A stretch of 64,000 nt of DNA from an uncultured Bacteroides sp. (GTDB taxonomy: Bacteria > Bacteroidota > Bacteroidia > Bacteroidales > Bacteroidaceae). A model generated the notes under the pieces. The model was not told the DNA's origin and searched no databases. It saw only the letters and a program-made list of their open reading frames with translations. The position numbers were made by a program, and so were the translations under genes. Shown here piece after piece: positions 51,114 to 61,889 of the stretch (the first letter of the stretch is position 1; every line of letters starts with the position of its first letter). The stretch is from NCBI RefSeq assembly GCF_900544075.1, contig NZ_UQTJ01000001.1. One strand, 5' to 3'.

Positions 51114-52520
51114 TTATAAATTCAAATATCTCTTTGCATTGTTATAACAAATATCATTTACCATCTGACCAAGGAACTCAATCTCTGATGCAGGCAATTC
51201 ACCCTTCTCTACATCCTCACCTATCAGGTTACAGAGAATACGGCGGAAGTATTCATGGCGCGGATAAGAAAGGAAACTGCGTGAATCAGTAAGCATACCT
51301 ACAAAACGGCTTAGCAGTCCGAGAACTGAAAGACAGTTCATCTGTTTCTGCATTCCGTCCTTTTGGTCGAGGAACCACCAGCCTGAACCGAACTGAATCT
51401 TACCGGCTACCGGACCCTGCTGGAAGTTACCGATCATTGTACCGATTACCTCATTGTCGGCAGGATTAAGATTATAAAGGATAGTCTTGGCAAGTTTATT
51501 GTTATAGTTAAGACGGTCAAGGAATTTGGACATAGACTTGGAAGTGTTGAACACACCTATTGAGTCGAAACCTGTGTCAGGGCCAAGTTTCTCAAACATA
51601 CGTCTGTTATTGTTTCTTATTGCTCCGTAGTGGAACTGTTGCGTCCAGCCTTTCTCATAATCCATCTCGGCAAATACAACCAGCATTGCAGACTTGAACT
51701 TGAGTATCTCCTCGTTTGTAAGTTCCTTACCGGAATATACCTTATTGAATATTGCATTGATTTCGGCATCTGTATAGTCTTCGGCATAGAATTCCTCTAT
51801 TCCGTGGTCTGACAGACGGCAACCCATACTTGCAAAGAAATCATGACGGTTCTTCAATGCGTCAACCAAATCATTAAACGTACTGATTGAAACTGATGAT
51901 ACTGACGACAATGTTTCTACATAGCTACGGAAATTGGCCGCATTCTCCACCGCCATAGCCTTATCAGGACGCCATGCCGGAAGAACCTTAACCTTGAAAT
52001 CGCTGGCCGCTATTGCTTTGTGATATTCGAGTGAGTCAACAGGGTCGTCTGTAGTACATACAGTCTCCACATTATAACGTTCCATGAATTTGCGTGCGGT
52101 ATAGTCCGGTGTTGCAAGTTTTGCGTTACATTCATCGAATATCTCACGCGCTGTCTTTGGAGAAAGCAACTTATTGATACCGAAAGCTGTCTTCAGTTCA
52201 AGATGGCTCCAGTGGTAAAGTGGGTTTCTCATTGTGTAAGGGATTGTCTCAGCCCATTTTTCGAACTTCTCCCAGTCGGAAGTTGATTTGCCTGTGATAT
52301 ATTCTTCATCCACTCCATTGGTTCTCATGGCTCTCCACTTGTAGTGGTCACCGCCAAGCCAGATTTCTGTGATTGAAGAGAACTTGTAGTCATCGGCTAT
52401 CTTTTTCGGTTCAAGATGGCAGTGATAGTCGATTATAGGATTATGTTTTGCAAAATTGTGATACAGATACTTCGCTGTGTCTGAATACAGCAGGAAGTCG
52501 TCATCCATAAAATTTCTCAT
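51114..52520 (-). CDS. uxaC: Uronate isomerase
   Basis: IIDYHCH, GGDHYKWRAMR, GSGWWFLDQ and GMLTDSRSFLSYPRHEYFRR motifs. Confidence 0.97.
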   Translation of the reverse strand: MRNFMDDDFLLYSDTAKYLYHNFAKHNPIIDYHCHLEPKKIADDYKFSSITEIWLGGDHYKWRAMRTNGVDEEYITGKSTSDWEKFEKWAETIPYTMRNPLYHWSHLELKTAFGINKLLSPKTAREIFDECNAKLATPDYTARKFMERYNVETVCTTDDPVDSLEYHKAIAASDFKVKVLPAWRPDKAMAVENAANFRSYVETLSSVSSVSISTFNDLVDALKNRHDFFASMGCRLSDHGIEEFYAEDYTDAEINAIFNKVYSGKELTNEEILKFKSAMLVVFAEMDYEKGWTQQFHYGAIRNNNRRMFEKLGPDTGFDSIGVFNTSKSMSKFLDRLNYNNKLAKTILYNLNPADNEVIGTMIGNFQQGPVAGKIQFGSGWWFLDQKDGMQKQMNCLSVLGLLSRFVGMLTDSRSFLSYPRHEYFRRILCNLIGEDVEKGELPASEIEFLGQMVNDICYNNAKRYLNL

Positions 52521-52548
52521 AACTATTCTGTTTTTATTATGTTATTAA

Positions 52549-53994
52549 TTATTTCTTTACGTCTGATGTCAGACTTTTCACGGCAAACCAGCTCAATATA
52601 TAAGCTACCGATGCTACGAGGAACACTATCATGTATCCGGCCTGGATTCCCTCAAAGCCGAGGAAGGACATATTGCTCTCGCGTGAGTATGTGAACAGGA
52701 TACCTGAGCCCTGGTTGAAAAGGAAGCTTCCCAATCCGCCTACCATGCCGGCAAGACCCGTAAGTGTGGCCACTACCGATTTAGGGAAGAGGTCGCTTAC
52801 CAGGGAATATGCGTTTGCGCTCCAGCTCTGGTGTGCGGCTCCGATGATACCGATGATGATTATAGGATACCAGCATGAATGTACTCCGAGGAATGGTGCT
52901 ACAATACCCAACAGAGGGAAGAGCGAATAGACAAACATTGATGATATACGTCCGCTGAACGGGGTAAGTCCTTTCTTGTTCACAAGGAACGTAGGAAGGT
53001 ATCCTCCGATGATTGAAAGCATGGTAATCAGATACAATGTGAATATCAGCATCATACCCATAAAGGAGTCAGAGCTGTAGCCGTAGATATCCTTCACGTA
53101 TGCAGGAGCCCAGAACAGGAAGAACCACCATACACCTTCTGGAAGGAATCGTGAAGCAAAAATGGCCCATGTATGACGGTAAGTGAAATACTTGAAGATA
53201 TTAACCTTTTCCTTAGGCTCTTCTGCAGGTTTGGTTTCATTCTCTGCCTTGTTTTCATCCTGACGTATATAGTCAAGCTCAAGCTTGTTCATACGCTTGT
53301 TGTTGTCCGGTGCCTCGTATGTCTTGAGCCATATTCCCAGCCATACGAAACCGAGAAGACCTATAATAAGGAATGACATCTCCCATCCCCAGAAACGTGC
53401 TATCACAGGGATTGTGAACGGAGCGAGCATGGCTCCTATCTGTGAGCCGGAATTGAAAAGACTCGTCGCAAAGGCACGGTCCTTCTGAGGGAAATAGGCT
53501 GAGATAGTCTTGTTGGCACAAGGGAAGTTTCCTGCCTCACCGGCTGCAAGGATACATCTTGCAATAAGGAAAAGCCACATGCTCACTGTAGATATACCCA
53601 TCATGGCTGTACCGGCATTGCGAGCCAGTTCTATATGCTCGCGTGCTCCGGCAAATGTCATCGACCAGCTGTCGAGCACTATTCCGGCCGTAGCAATACC
53701 ACAGAAGGCATGAAGGCAGGCACCGAGCGACCAAAGGGCGATGGCCCATGAGTAACCTTTCTTGATTCCAAGATAATCGACTGTTCTTCCGGCAAAGAAC
53801 ATCGCGATGGAATATACGAAGGAGAAACATCCGGTGATGGTTCCGTAGTGAACGTCGGTCCAGCCGAACTCCGGAGAGATGAAATCTTTCCATGTCAGCG
53901 AGAGTACCTGACGGTCAAGATAGTTTACCGTGGTAGCAAAGAACAGCATCGCACATACATACCAGCGGTAATTAGTCATTTTATTATTGTTCAT
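52549..53994 (-). CDS. exuT: MFS hexuronate transporter (ExuT-like)
   Basis: FFATTVNYLDRQ, GEAGNFP and AAHQSWSAN; operon context. Confidence 0.82.
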   Translation of the reverse strand: MNNNKMTNYRWYVCAMLFFATTVNYLDRQVLSLTWKDFISPEFGWTDVHYGTITGCFSFVYSIAMFFAGRTVDYLGIKKGYSWAIALWSLGACLHAFCGIATAGIVLDSWSMTFAGAREHIELARNAGTAMMGISTVSMWLFLIARCILAAGEAGNFPCANKTISAYFPQKDRAFATSLFNSGSQIGAMLAPFTIPVIARFWGWEMSFLIIGLLGFVWLGIWLKTYEAPDNNKRMNKLELDYIRQDENKAENETKPAEEPKEKVNIFKYFTYRHTWAIFASRFLPEGVWWFFLFWAPAYVKDIYGYSSDSFMGMMLIFTLYLITMLSIIGGYLPTFLVNKKGLTPFSGRISSMFVYSLFPLLGIVAPFLGVHSCWYPIIIIGIIGAAHQSWSANAYSLVSDLFPKSVVATLTGLAGMVGGLGSFLFNQGSGILFTYSRESNMSFLGFEGIQAGYMIVFLVASVAYILSWFAVKSLTSDVKK

Positions 53995-54001
53995 TTATGT
54001 C

Positions 54002-54051
54002 AATTAAGAGTTAAGAATTAAGAATTAAAAATTAAGAATGAAGAATTAAGA
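54002..54051. repeat. Heptamer tandem repeat (AATTAAG-like), about 7 units
   Basis: AATTAAG AGTTAAG AATTAAG AATTAAA AATTAAG AATGAAG AATTAAG. Confidence 0.75.
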
Positions 54052-54069
54052 AGTCAAGAACTCAAAAAC

Positions 54070-55566
54070 TCAAAGTATCACACCGGTCTTGAAAATAGAT
54101 ATCTCACGGTAATTGTTTATCTCGTTCTTTACATAAGCACCCGAGCAGGCTGATATTACAAAATTGAAGAACTCGTCAAGTACCTCTTCCTTGCTCTTGC
54201 CTTCAACCAGCACACCGGCATTGAAGTCCATCCAGCGTGTCTTGCGGTTGTAGAGATTTGAATTGGTTGAAATCTTTGCCGTAGGTACGAATGTTCCGAA
54301 CGGCGTTCCGCGTCCTGTAGTGAAAAGTACCATATGGCAGCCGGCAGAAGCAAGTGCAGTGCTTGCCACGAGGTCATTGCCCGGAGCGCTCAGTAGGTTT
54401 AGCCCGTGGGTTGATATGCGGTCGCCGTATTCCAGCACGTCCATCACTGCGCTCGAGCCTGATTTCTGTGTACAGCCGAGGGATTTCTCCTCCAGAGTCG
54501 AGATACCTCCGGCCTTGTTTCCCGGCGAAGGGTTCTCGTATATCACCTGGTCGTTCTTTATGAAGTAGTTCTTGAAGTTGTTTATCAGGCTGACTGTCTT
54601 ATGAAAAGTCTCCTCATCCTTGCAGCGGTCCATAAGAATTGTCTCTGCACCGAACATCTCTGGCACTTCCGTAAGCACACATGTACCTCCGTATGATACA
54701 AGACGGTCGGAGAACAGACCGAGCAGAGGATTGGCCGTGATACCTGAGAAACCGTCTGAACCACCACATTTAAGTCCTATTCTCAGTTTTGATACAGGCT
54801 GTTCTGTCCTTACGTCCTTCTTCACGTTCTCATAGAGGCCCATAAGGAGTTCCATTCCTGCTGATATCTCATCCTCCACTTTCTGACATTCAAGGAACTT
54901 CACTCGGTCAGTGTCATAATCGCCAAGCATTGTTCTGAAAGCCGAAACCTGATTGTTCTCGCAGCCCAATCCCAATACGAGTACACCTCCGGCATTAGGA
55001 TGAAGAACCATGTCGCGAAGAATCTTGCGCGTATTCTCGTGGTCCTCAGACAGCTGTGAGCAACCCCAGTTATGTGTATAGGCATGGATGCCGTCGAAAT
55101 TGTCGGCTTTATCGTCTGCCGTCTTCTCATTGAACAGCCTGACAAGCTCATTTGCCACTCCGTTCACACAGCCCACCGTAGGAACTATCCATATCTCGTT
55201 ACGGATGCCTACATCGCCGTTCTTTCTTTCATAGCCCTTAAAATAGACCATGCCTTCAGACTTACATGAGTGTATCTCAGCAGGAGTATATGTATAATCC
55301 TTTATCTCCCCAAGAAGTGTACGGATATATTTCTCGTTTATAAGGCTTCCTTCAGCCCTGTCTTCCTTGAGCGAGCCGATAGGGAAACCGTATTTCACTA
55401 CCACATCTCCCGTATGGAAATCCTGCAGCGCTATCTTGTGTCCGGCAGGAACATCATCCTTCAGAGTGATGCTGCGTCCGTCTACAACGATTTCCGTGCC
55501 GGCAGCAAGATCGGACAACGCCACTACGACGTTGTCCTTACTGTTTATATGAAGTATATTTTCCAT
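54070..55566 (-). CDS. uxaA: Altronate dehydratase
   Basis: SAF domain (DNVVVAL, GHKIAL); GLGCENN, KCGGSDG, NPSPGNKAGG and TTGRGTP motifs. Confidence 0.95.
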   Translation of the reverse strand: MENILHINSKDNVVVALSDLAAGTEIVVDGRSITLKDDVPAGHKIALQDFHTGDVVVKYGFPIGSLKEDRAEGSLINEKYIRTLLGEIKDYTYTPAEIHSCKSEGMVYFKGYERKNGDVGIRNEIWIVPTVGCVNGVANELVRLFNEKTADDKADNFDGIHAYTHNWGCSQLSEDHENTRKILRDMVLHPNAGGVLVLGLGCENNQVSAFRTMLGDYDTDRVKFLECQKVEDEISAGMELLMGLYENVKKDVRTEQPVSKLRIGLKCGGSDGFSGITANPLLGLFSDRLVSYGGTCVLTEVPEMFGAETILMDRCKDEETFHKTVSLINNFKNYFIKNDQVIYENPSPGNKAGGISTLEEKSLGCTQKSGSSAVMDVLEYGDRISTHGLNLLSAPGNDLVASTALASAGCHMVLFTTGRGTPFGTFVPTAKISTNSNLYNRKTRWMDFNAGVLVEGKSKEEVLDEFFNFVISACSGAYVKNEINNYREISIFKTGVIL

Positions 55567-55576
55567 CAGGGATTTA

Positions 55577-57019
55577 TTATTTAACGTATTCCTTTACCAT
55601 TTCATACATACCCTTCTCTTCGATACCCTTAAGCATATCTGCCACCATGTCTGTCAGGCCAGGGATATTGTTGAGGTTCTCTTCCCACACGAAGTCTGCC
55701 GCCAATACCTTTTCAGCTACGGCATGAAGGTCGGACAGAGTCCATGCGTTCTTCACGTATTCCACTATTTCAGGAGCATCGTTCGGAACTATTTCCGCAC
55801 CGTCGGCACGTTTTCCACCCTTGTAGTATACGATAAGCGCGGCAAGACCGAGAACGATTCCGTATGGAAGCTCACCCTTGCGGCTTAGATATTCCTTTAC
55901 TGAAGGAAGGTCGCGCGCCGTAAACTTAGGGAATGCATTGAGCATGATGGATGTCACCTGATGGTCAACGAAAGGATTCTCGAAGCGTTCGAGTACGCTT
56001 GCGGCAAAGGCCTTAAGTTCGTCTTCCGGAAGGTTGAGTGTCTGCATAAGTTCCTCATACATGGCCTTGCGGATATACTTGCCTATAACCTCATCCTTAC
56101 ATGCGTCGCGCACGATGTCGATACCTGACAGATATGTAATAGGAGAAAGAATTGTATGAGTACCGTTAAGCAATGTAACCTTACGTTCGTGGTATGGCTT
56201 TTCAGAAGGTACGAACAATACGTTCAGACCCGCCTTGTTCGCCGGGAATTCATCTGCAACACTTTCAGGAGCCTCGATTACCCAAAGATGGAATGCCTCG
56301 CCCTGTACCACAAGATTGTCGTCATAGCCGAGGTGTTCCTTTATTTCGTTGATGGTCTTTCTCGGGAATCCCGGTACGATACGGTCTACCAGTGTGGCAT
56401 AAACGCCGCAGGCCTGTTCGAACCATGTCTTGAATTCCTCACCCAGGTTCCACAGCTCGATATACTGATAGATTGTTTCCTTCAGTTTATGACCATTAAG
56501 GAATATAAGTTCACACGGGAAGATTATCAGACCCTTGTCCATATCTCCGTTGAAGAACTTGTAGCGGTGATACAGAAGCTGTGTAAGCTTTGCAGGGTAT
56601 GAGCTTGGAGGGGTATCTTCAAGACGGCATGAAGGGTCGAAAGTGATGCCGGCCTCTGTAGTATTCGATATTACAAATCTCATCTCAGGCTGTTCCGCCA
56701 GCGAGAGATATGCCTGGTATTCCGTATAAGGATTAAGGCAGCGGCTGATTACATCAATCATTCTGTATGAATTTATCACCTCGCCTTTTTCCAGTCCCTG
56801 CAGGTTTACGTGATAAAGACCGTCCTGGGAATTGATCATATCTATCATGCCTTTCTCGATAGGCTGCACTACCACAACGCTGCTGTTGAAATCTGTCTTT
56901 TCGTTCATATTGGAGATAATCCAATCTACAAAACATCTGAGGAAATTTCCTTCACCGAACTGAATGATGCGTTCAGGACGGACAACCTTTACGGCTGTCT
57001 CTTTATTTAATGCTTTCAT
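55577..57019 (-). CDS. uxaB: Tagaturonate reductase (altronate oxidoreductase)
   Basis: IQFGEGNFLR, ISNTTEAGI, LVDRIVPG and RKVTLLNGTH motifs. Confidence 0.95.
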   Translation of the reverse strand: MKALNKETAVKVVRPERIIQFGEGNFLRCFVDWIISNMNEKTDFNSSVVVVQPIEKGMIDMINSQDGLYHVNLQGLEKGEVINSYRMIDVISRCLNPYTEYQAYLSLAEQPEMRFVISNTTEAGITFDPSCRLEDTPPSSYPAKLTQLLYHRYKFFNGDMDKGLIIFPCELIFLNGHKLKETIYQYIELWNLGEEFKTWFEQACGVYATLVDRIVPGFPRKTINEIKEHLGYDDNLVVQGEAFHLWVIEAPESVADEFPANKAGLNVLFVPSEKPYHERKVTLLNGTHTILSPITYLSGIDIVRDACKDEVIGKYIRKAMYEELMQTLNLPEDELKAFAASVLERFENPFVDHQVTSIMLNAFPKFTARDLPSVKEYLSRKGELPYGIVLGLAALIVYYKGGKRADGAEIVPNDAPEIVEYVKNAWTLSDLHAVAEKVLAADFVWEENLNNIPGLTDMVADMLKGIEEKGMYEMVKEYVK

Positions 57020-57066
57020 AATGTAAAGAAATTAAATTGTACTGTTATAGTGTTTATTCATATCTG

Positions 57067-57131
57067 CAAATGTATTGATATGCAGCGACAGGGATGTGTA
57101 ATAATCGTTCTTTATGTTGTAATTTTTGTTT
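57067..57131 (-). promoter_or_regulatory. uxaB promoter with two direct repeats 21 bp apart (candidate HTCS site)
   Basis: -7 box TACATTTG (57074-57067); TGTAATAATCGTT at 57097 and TGTAATTTTTGTT at 57118. Confidence 0.55.
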
Positions 57132-57235
57132 CTTGACGATATCTTAAAAGAAAACAGAGATGTATTCATAAAAATACACCTCTGCAATAAAAATAAACCA
57201 ATCTTAATCTGAATTCCATCTGTAGGAGGAACTCT

Positions 57236-58912
57236 TTATCTTGTAATTTTGAACCAGTCTACGTCAGTCCATCCACCATCATTCGTCTTAACTGCCGGAC
57301 GAGTACAGAACATACCGACCTTGGCACCTATCCATTTGCCTTCTCTTGCCTGGAAGCTGTTACCAAGCTTTCTGTACTTCTTGCCGTCAAGGCTATAGCT
57401 GAAATCGCACATCACTATAAGGTCATGTCCGCCTTCGCTCTTCGCAATCTTCTTTCCATCGCAACTGAATCTGACACGAAGATATACCGTACTGTCAGAA
57501 AGCGCAACCGTGGCATTTTTAGTTTCAGGAGTTCCCTTGTCTGCTTTCTTACATTCAACCTGCGACAGTTCCAGACCTTTCTCTGTGTTTTCTATAATCA
57601 AACCAGAGTAGTCAAGTCCCATCACTACAAGACCTGTACGTTCACCTTTATACTTAGGAGATGGCTTGAATGTCATCTTCATTGTAGCAGTGAAGTTCTT
57701 TGCCGGAGTTTTCTGCAGCAAAAGGTTTGCCACGTCCCACAGATTTCTGTAATTTTCCACAACAGGATAAGAATACAGTCGTACTATGCTCTGATCGCCG
57801 GCATAATAAGCCCACTTCTCATTGATATTAGCATGCCACTGCCACTGTGGAGATAAAGTGAATCCATCGAAATCATCACTTTCCTGAGGAGTACACACAG
57901 GATATGTTTTACCAACGTTCGGTTTTTTATGCGTGATGACAGGCTCACCGCAACCGTCACCATCCTTGTCTATACCTATCACAGGCCAACCGTCCTTCCA
58001 TTCCATAGGCTGAAGATGTACAAGACGACCGTATGCACCAACATCCTGGAAATGCAGGAACCAGCTCTCTCCGGTAGGAGTATCTACCCATGCCCCCTGA
58101 TGAGGACCATTCACTTCCGTATTGCCCTGCGCAAGCACTGTTCTCCATTCATAAGGACCATATACGTTTTTCGAACGGAGCACCACCTGCCATCCTGTAG
58201 GAACACCACCGGCCGGATGGAAGATATAATAATATCCGTCCTTCTTATAGAACTTAGGGCCCTCACAAGTTTCATGTGCTTCATGTCCATCGAATATTAT
58301 ACGCGACTGTGTTATAGCCTTGTCAGCCTCAGAATTAAGCTCACACACTGCTATCACACTCTTCAACCCTGCACGGCTTCCGGCATAAGCATGTACCATA
58401 TATACCTTGCCGTCCCCATCCCATAACGGACAAGCATCAATAAGTCCTTTTCCGGCCTTTACTAAAACAGGTTCAGACCAAGGTCCTTCAGGTTTCTTTG
58501 ATTTCACCATAAATACTCCCTGATCAGGATCTCCCCAGAAAATATAAAACTCTCCATTGTGGTGTCGTATGCTCGGAGCCCACACGCGGTTACCGTGTTC
58601 CGGTCTTTCAGGAGTCTGCACCGGAGCCAGTTCATAAGGCACTGCCGCTCCTATTATACTCCAGTTCACCAAATCCTTAGAATGAAGAATCTGCAATCCG
58701 GGCAAACAGTTGAAACTTGAAGAGGTCATATAAAAATCATCACCCACACGGCAAGCGTCAGGGTCGGAATAATCGGCATACAATACAGGATTCTTATACT
58801 TTCCGTTTCCAAGATCGGACACCCACACCTGCGATACATATTGGGTATCCTGTGCAATAATAGGCATGACAGACAAGACTGCCAATCCGAAAATTGTTTT
58901 CAAAATACTCAT
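57236..58912 (-). CDS. GH43 glycoside hydrolase with C-terminal beta-sandwich (start MSILKT)
   Basis: ADYSDPD, WAPSI, IDACPLWD, EGPK and PHQG motifs; signal peptide. Confidence 0.9.
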   Translation of the reverse strand: MSILKTIFGLAVLSVMPIIAQDTQYVSQVWVSDLGNGKYKNPVLYADYSDPDACRVGDDFYMTSSSFNCLPGLQILHSKDLVNWSIIGAAVPYELAPVQTPERPEHGNRVWAPSIRHHNGEFYIFWGDPDQGVFMVKSKKPEGPWSEPVLVKAGKGLIDACPLWDGDGKVYMVHAYAGSRAGLKSVIAVCELNSEADKAITQSRIIFDGHEAHETCEGPKFYKKDGYYYIFHPAGGVPTGWQVVLRSKNVYGPYEWRTVLAQGNTEVNGPHQGAWVDTPTGESWFLHFQDVGAYGRLVHLQPMEWKDGWPVIGIDKDGDGCGEPVITHKKPNVGKTYPVCTPQESDDFDGFTLSPQWQWHANINEKWAYYAGDQSIVRLYSYPVVENYRNLWDVANLLLQKTPAKNFTATMKMTFKPSPKYKGERTGLVVMGLDYSGLIIENTEKGLELSQVECKKADKGTPETKNATVALSDSTVYLRVRFSCDGKKIAKSEGGHDLIVMCDFSYSLDGKKYRKLGNSFQAREGKWIGAKVGMFCTRPAVKTNDGGWTDVDWFKITR

Positions 58913-58938
58913 GATATTAAATCTATATGTCAAAAAAG

Positions 58939-60165
58939 TTAATAAATAATCTTCACTTCCACAGGATTCTCCAGCTCGCGTTTCCATTCGTTCATATAAC
59001 TGAACCATGCGGAAGAATCCTCAAATCCGAAGCTCTCTTTCCTTGAAGTAAACATAGTATAATACCTGAAAGAGGTTTCACCACTGGCTGAGATGGTATA
59101 AAGGAAATTATCCTTGTCGCTCACTTCCCGCCCAATATATTTCCGCGGAATGAACGTAGCTATACCCACTGTTTCCTTGGCATATTTCACCGTATCAGTC
59201 ACAGGCCAGTGTCGCCCCCAACTGCCTACAAGTCCCTTATGGTCGGAATAGGATACCGTTTCCGTGCCCATTATGTTTTGTACACCGGTACAGAAGCTCT
59301 CTTTTTTCAGAGGACTGTCGAAGAAAGTATCAACTATCAAATCTCTGTGACCTGCATACAGCGTATATCTGTTAGTCATATTCAGGAGCGAACCCTGATA
59401 TTCCCATCCTTCCACCTTGACTTCAGCTATTACCCTCACAGGACCTTTAGCCAAAATTCTTTCCGTACGGAAAGCTACAGGCTCAATGTGTACAGCCTTT
59501 TCACCGTTCCATCCCTTCAGTGCCCCTACTCCACAGCTGTTGCCTACCATAAGTACATCATCTCCAAAACCTTTTGCAAGCTGTTCATCGTTCGGATAGA
59601 AACGGCTTTCTTCAAGCTCAAGTCCCTTGGTGAATTTTCCATACGGATCTACAGTCTGTTTCGCATTGAAGTAGATGCGATAACCTACCAGCTCCGACTC
59701 GAACATCGGTCCGTGGCCATAAATCATATTATAGAAATTCACATCGCCCGGCACCGTTACCGAACGTATCTCGGCATGCTTTCCCTTCTTAGTATCGAGT
59801 GCAAGCATAGTGGCATACACACGCTGCGGATATTCACTTTGTGTTCTCTCATCACTCAGAGCTATCTCTACCCTCTTTGTTTCTCCGGCAGCCATATCGA
59901 CAACGAAAGCCAGTTCGTCCGGCTGCGAGTCAGCATCCATATCATCGAGTTGCGAAGGTATCTCAGAAGAGCCGTCTGTCACTTTGACTGAACGAACAGA
60001 AAAACCGGCACGTAAATCATTCAGACTGACACACACCGGAACATCCTTAAGCTCCTTATCAAGAACATTCTTCAGTTCCAGACATACATTCTTTACCGTC
60101 TTACTATTTCCTATCATAGGAAAACAGCTCAATATAAAAATCCAAATACAGAACCTGACTTTCAT
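58939..60165 (-). CDS. DUF4861-like protein (pectin-locus associated)
   Basis: PSQLDD, HGPMFESELVGYRIYF and DVLMVGNSCGVG motifs; family from recall. Confidence 0.7.
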   Translation of the reverse strand: MKVRFCIWIFILSCFPMIGNSKTVKNVCLELKNVLDKELKDVPVCVSLNDLRAGFSVRSVKVTDGSSEIPSQLDDMDADSQPDELAFVVDMAAGETKRVEIALSDERTQSEYPQRVYATMLALDTKKGKHAEIRSVTVPGDVNFYNMIYGHGPMFESELVGYRIYFNAKQTVDPYGKFTKGLELEESRFYPNDEQLAKGFGDDVLMVGNSCGVGALKGWNGEKAVHIEPVAFRTERILAKGPVRVIAEVKVEGWEYQGSLLNMTNRYTLYAGHRDLIVDTFFDSPLKKESFCTGVQNIMGTETVSYSDHKGLVGSWGRHWPVTDTVKYAKETVGIATFIPRKYIGREVSDKDNFLYTISASGETSFRYYTMFTSRKESFGFEDSSAWFSYMNEWKRELENPVEVKIIY

Positions 60166-60289
60166 AAATACCGAACTATAAAAATATTGCTCTTCGCACC
60201 CTAAATTATAGAAAAGAATGCAAAGAGCAAATTATAAAACCACATTATTATAAAAGTTCCAAAGACATAAGCAGTTTGATTACAAACTA

Positions 60290-61858
60290 TCAGTTGTGAA
60301 ATTCCTCTCCGTTTACCTTGACATTCTTTGAGAATCTCACTTTCAACGTATCACTCTCAGCCTCAACATTTGTATTCTCAATAGTCACATTCTCTGCCTG
60401 ACTTATCACTATACCCGATTTGGCATTAGTAATATCTACATTCTTTATGTCGATGTTGCGTATAGGCATTTCCGGAAGGCCATTGAAGAACATCGCACGT
60501 CCGGCACCATTGACTGTTACATCTGATATATATATATCACGGAAAGCAGGAGTTTCTTCTGTTACAGGAGGAACAGCCACCTTCATACGTGCCGCCAGCT
60601 CTTCATCTGTTTCCTCGCCTGCACCCTTACCGCCATAGAAGAGGTCGAACAATAGAGCTTCGTGAGGGATATCTATCATATTAATATTATGAATATGAAT
60701 ATTCTCTACCACACCACCGCGACCTCGTGTACTCTTGAATCGCAATCCTACGTCTGTTCCAAGGAATGTACAGTCGGACACATATATATTCTTTACACCG
60801 CCTGACATCTCACTGCCCACTACGAAACCTCCGTGACCGTGAAGCACCACATTGTTCTTCACAATAACATTCTGACAAGGCTCACCGCGTCTGCGTCCGT
60901 CCTCATCCTTACCGGACTTTATACATATCGCATCGTCGCCCGCATCGAATACATTGTCTATAACCAAAGCATAATTGCATGATTCAAGGTCCAGAGCATC
61001 ACCATTCTGCGAATACCACGGATTAAAAACCTTTACACCCTTTATAGTGATATGTTCGCAAGAAAGCGGATGCAGACACCAGCTCGGAGAGTTTTTGAAA
61101 GTAACACCTTCCAAAAGAACCTTCTTACTCTTGACAATGTTCAGCAATACAGGACGAAGCCATGGACGAATCTCGTTCCACTCCTCATCAGTATCAATTC
61201 CTTCAGGATTATTAAATTCCTTACAAGCCATAGCCCCTTTCAAAGAGCCGGCAGTAGGATACCAAACATCTTTTTCGACTACCCCTCCTGAAGCTACAAG
61301 TGCTTTCCACTGTGCCTCTGTCATCTTTCCTTTTTTCACAGGACGCCAGCTGTCACCAGCCCCATCGAACACTCCATGACCGGTGATGGCTATATTCTCC
61401 GCATTCCATGCAGAAATAGGCGACTGACATCGACGAGTATTCAGTCCTTCGAACGAGGTTTCAAGTATCGGATAAGCATTGAAATCGTCAGTAAACAATA
61501 CCAACGCATTCTTTTCAGTATAAAGATTCACGTTGCTCAGCAGTTCTATAGGTCCTGTCATCCACAAACCTGCAGGAATGACCACCTTCCCTCCGCCTTT
61601 ACCGTTTACATCCTTAATGGCATTGTTGATAGCCTCAGTGTTCAGAGTCTTTCCGTCTGCCACAGCTCCGAAATCAGTAATGCTTACGGAATAATCCGGG
61701 AACAACGGCTGTTCCACCTCAGACATTTCAAAAGGCAGACCTTCATACACCGACATATCTATAATATCGGTACTCACAGTCGCCTCCTGCTTCTGAGTAC
61801 ACGACAGCGGAACTATTGCCGCTGCCAATGTTATAATATTCTTTAATAGTTTATTCAT
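60290..61858 (-). CDS. Polygalacturonase (GH28) lipoprotein
   Basis: NGDALD, GDDAICIKSG, GHGGFVVGSE and RFKS motifs. Confidence 0.93.
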   Translation of the reverse strand: MNKLLKNIITLAAAIVPLSCTQKQEATVSTDIIDMSVYEGLPFEMSEVEQPLFPDYSVSITDFGAVADGKTLNTEAINNAIKDVNGKGGGKVVIPAGLWMTGPIELLSNVNLYTEKNALVLFTDDFNAYPILETSFEGLNTRRCQSPISAWNAENIAITGHGVFDGAGDSWRPVKKGKMTEAQWKALVASGGVVEKDVWYPTAGSLKGAMACKEFNNPEGIDTDEEWNEIRPWLRPVLLNIVKSKKVLLEGVTFKNSPSWCLHPLSCEHITIKGVKVFNPWYSQNGDALDLESCNYALVIDNVFDAGDDAICIKSGKDEDGRRRGEPCQNVIVKNNVVLHGHGGFVVGSEMSGGVKNIYVSDCTFLGTDVGLRFKSTRGRGGVVENIHIHNINMIDIPHEALLFDLFYGGKGAGEETDEELAARMKVAVPPVTEETPAFRDIYISDVTVNGAGRAMFFNGLPEMPIRNIDIKNVDITNAKSGIVISQAENVTIENTNVEAESDTLKVRFSKNVKVNGEEFHN

Positions 61859-61889
61859 GATTTGCGTTTTATAGTGTTATTACCGGATG

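Noticed and set aside
58913..59008. N-terminal extension of the GH43 ORF overlapping the upstream gene
   Set aside because: The signal peptide begins at MSILKT (58912); the extension is an artefact of taking the longest ORF
59209..59991. 260-aa + strand ORF
   Set aside because: It lies wholly antisense to the DUF4861-like gene and has no recognisable motif
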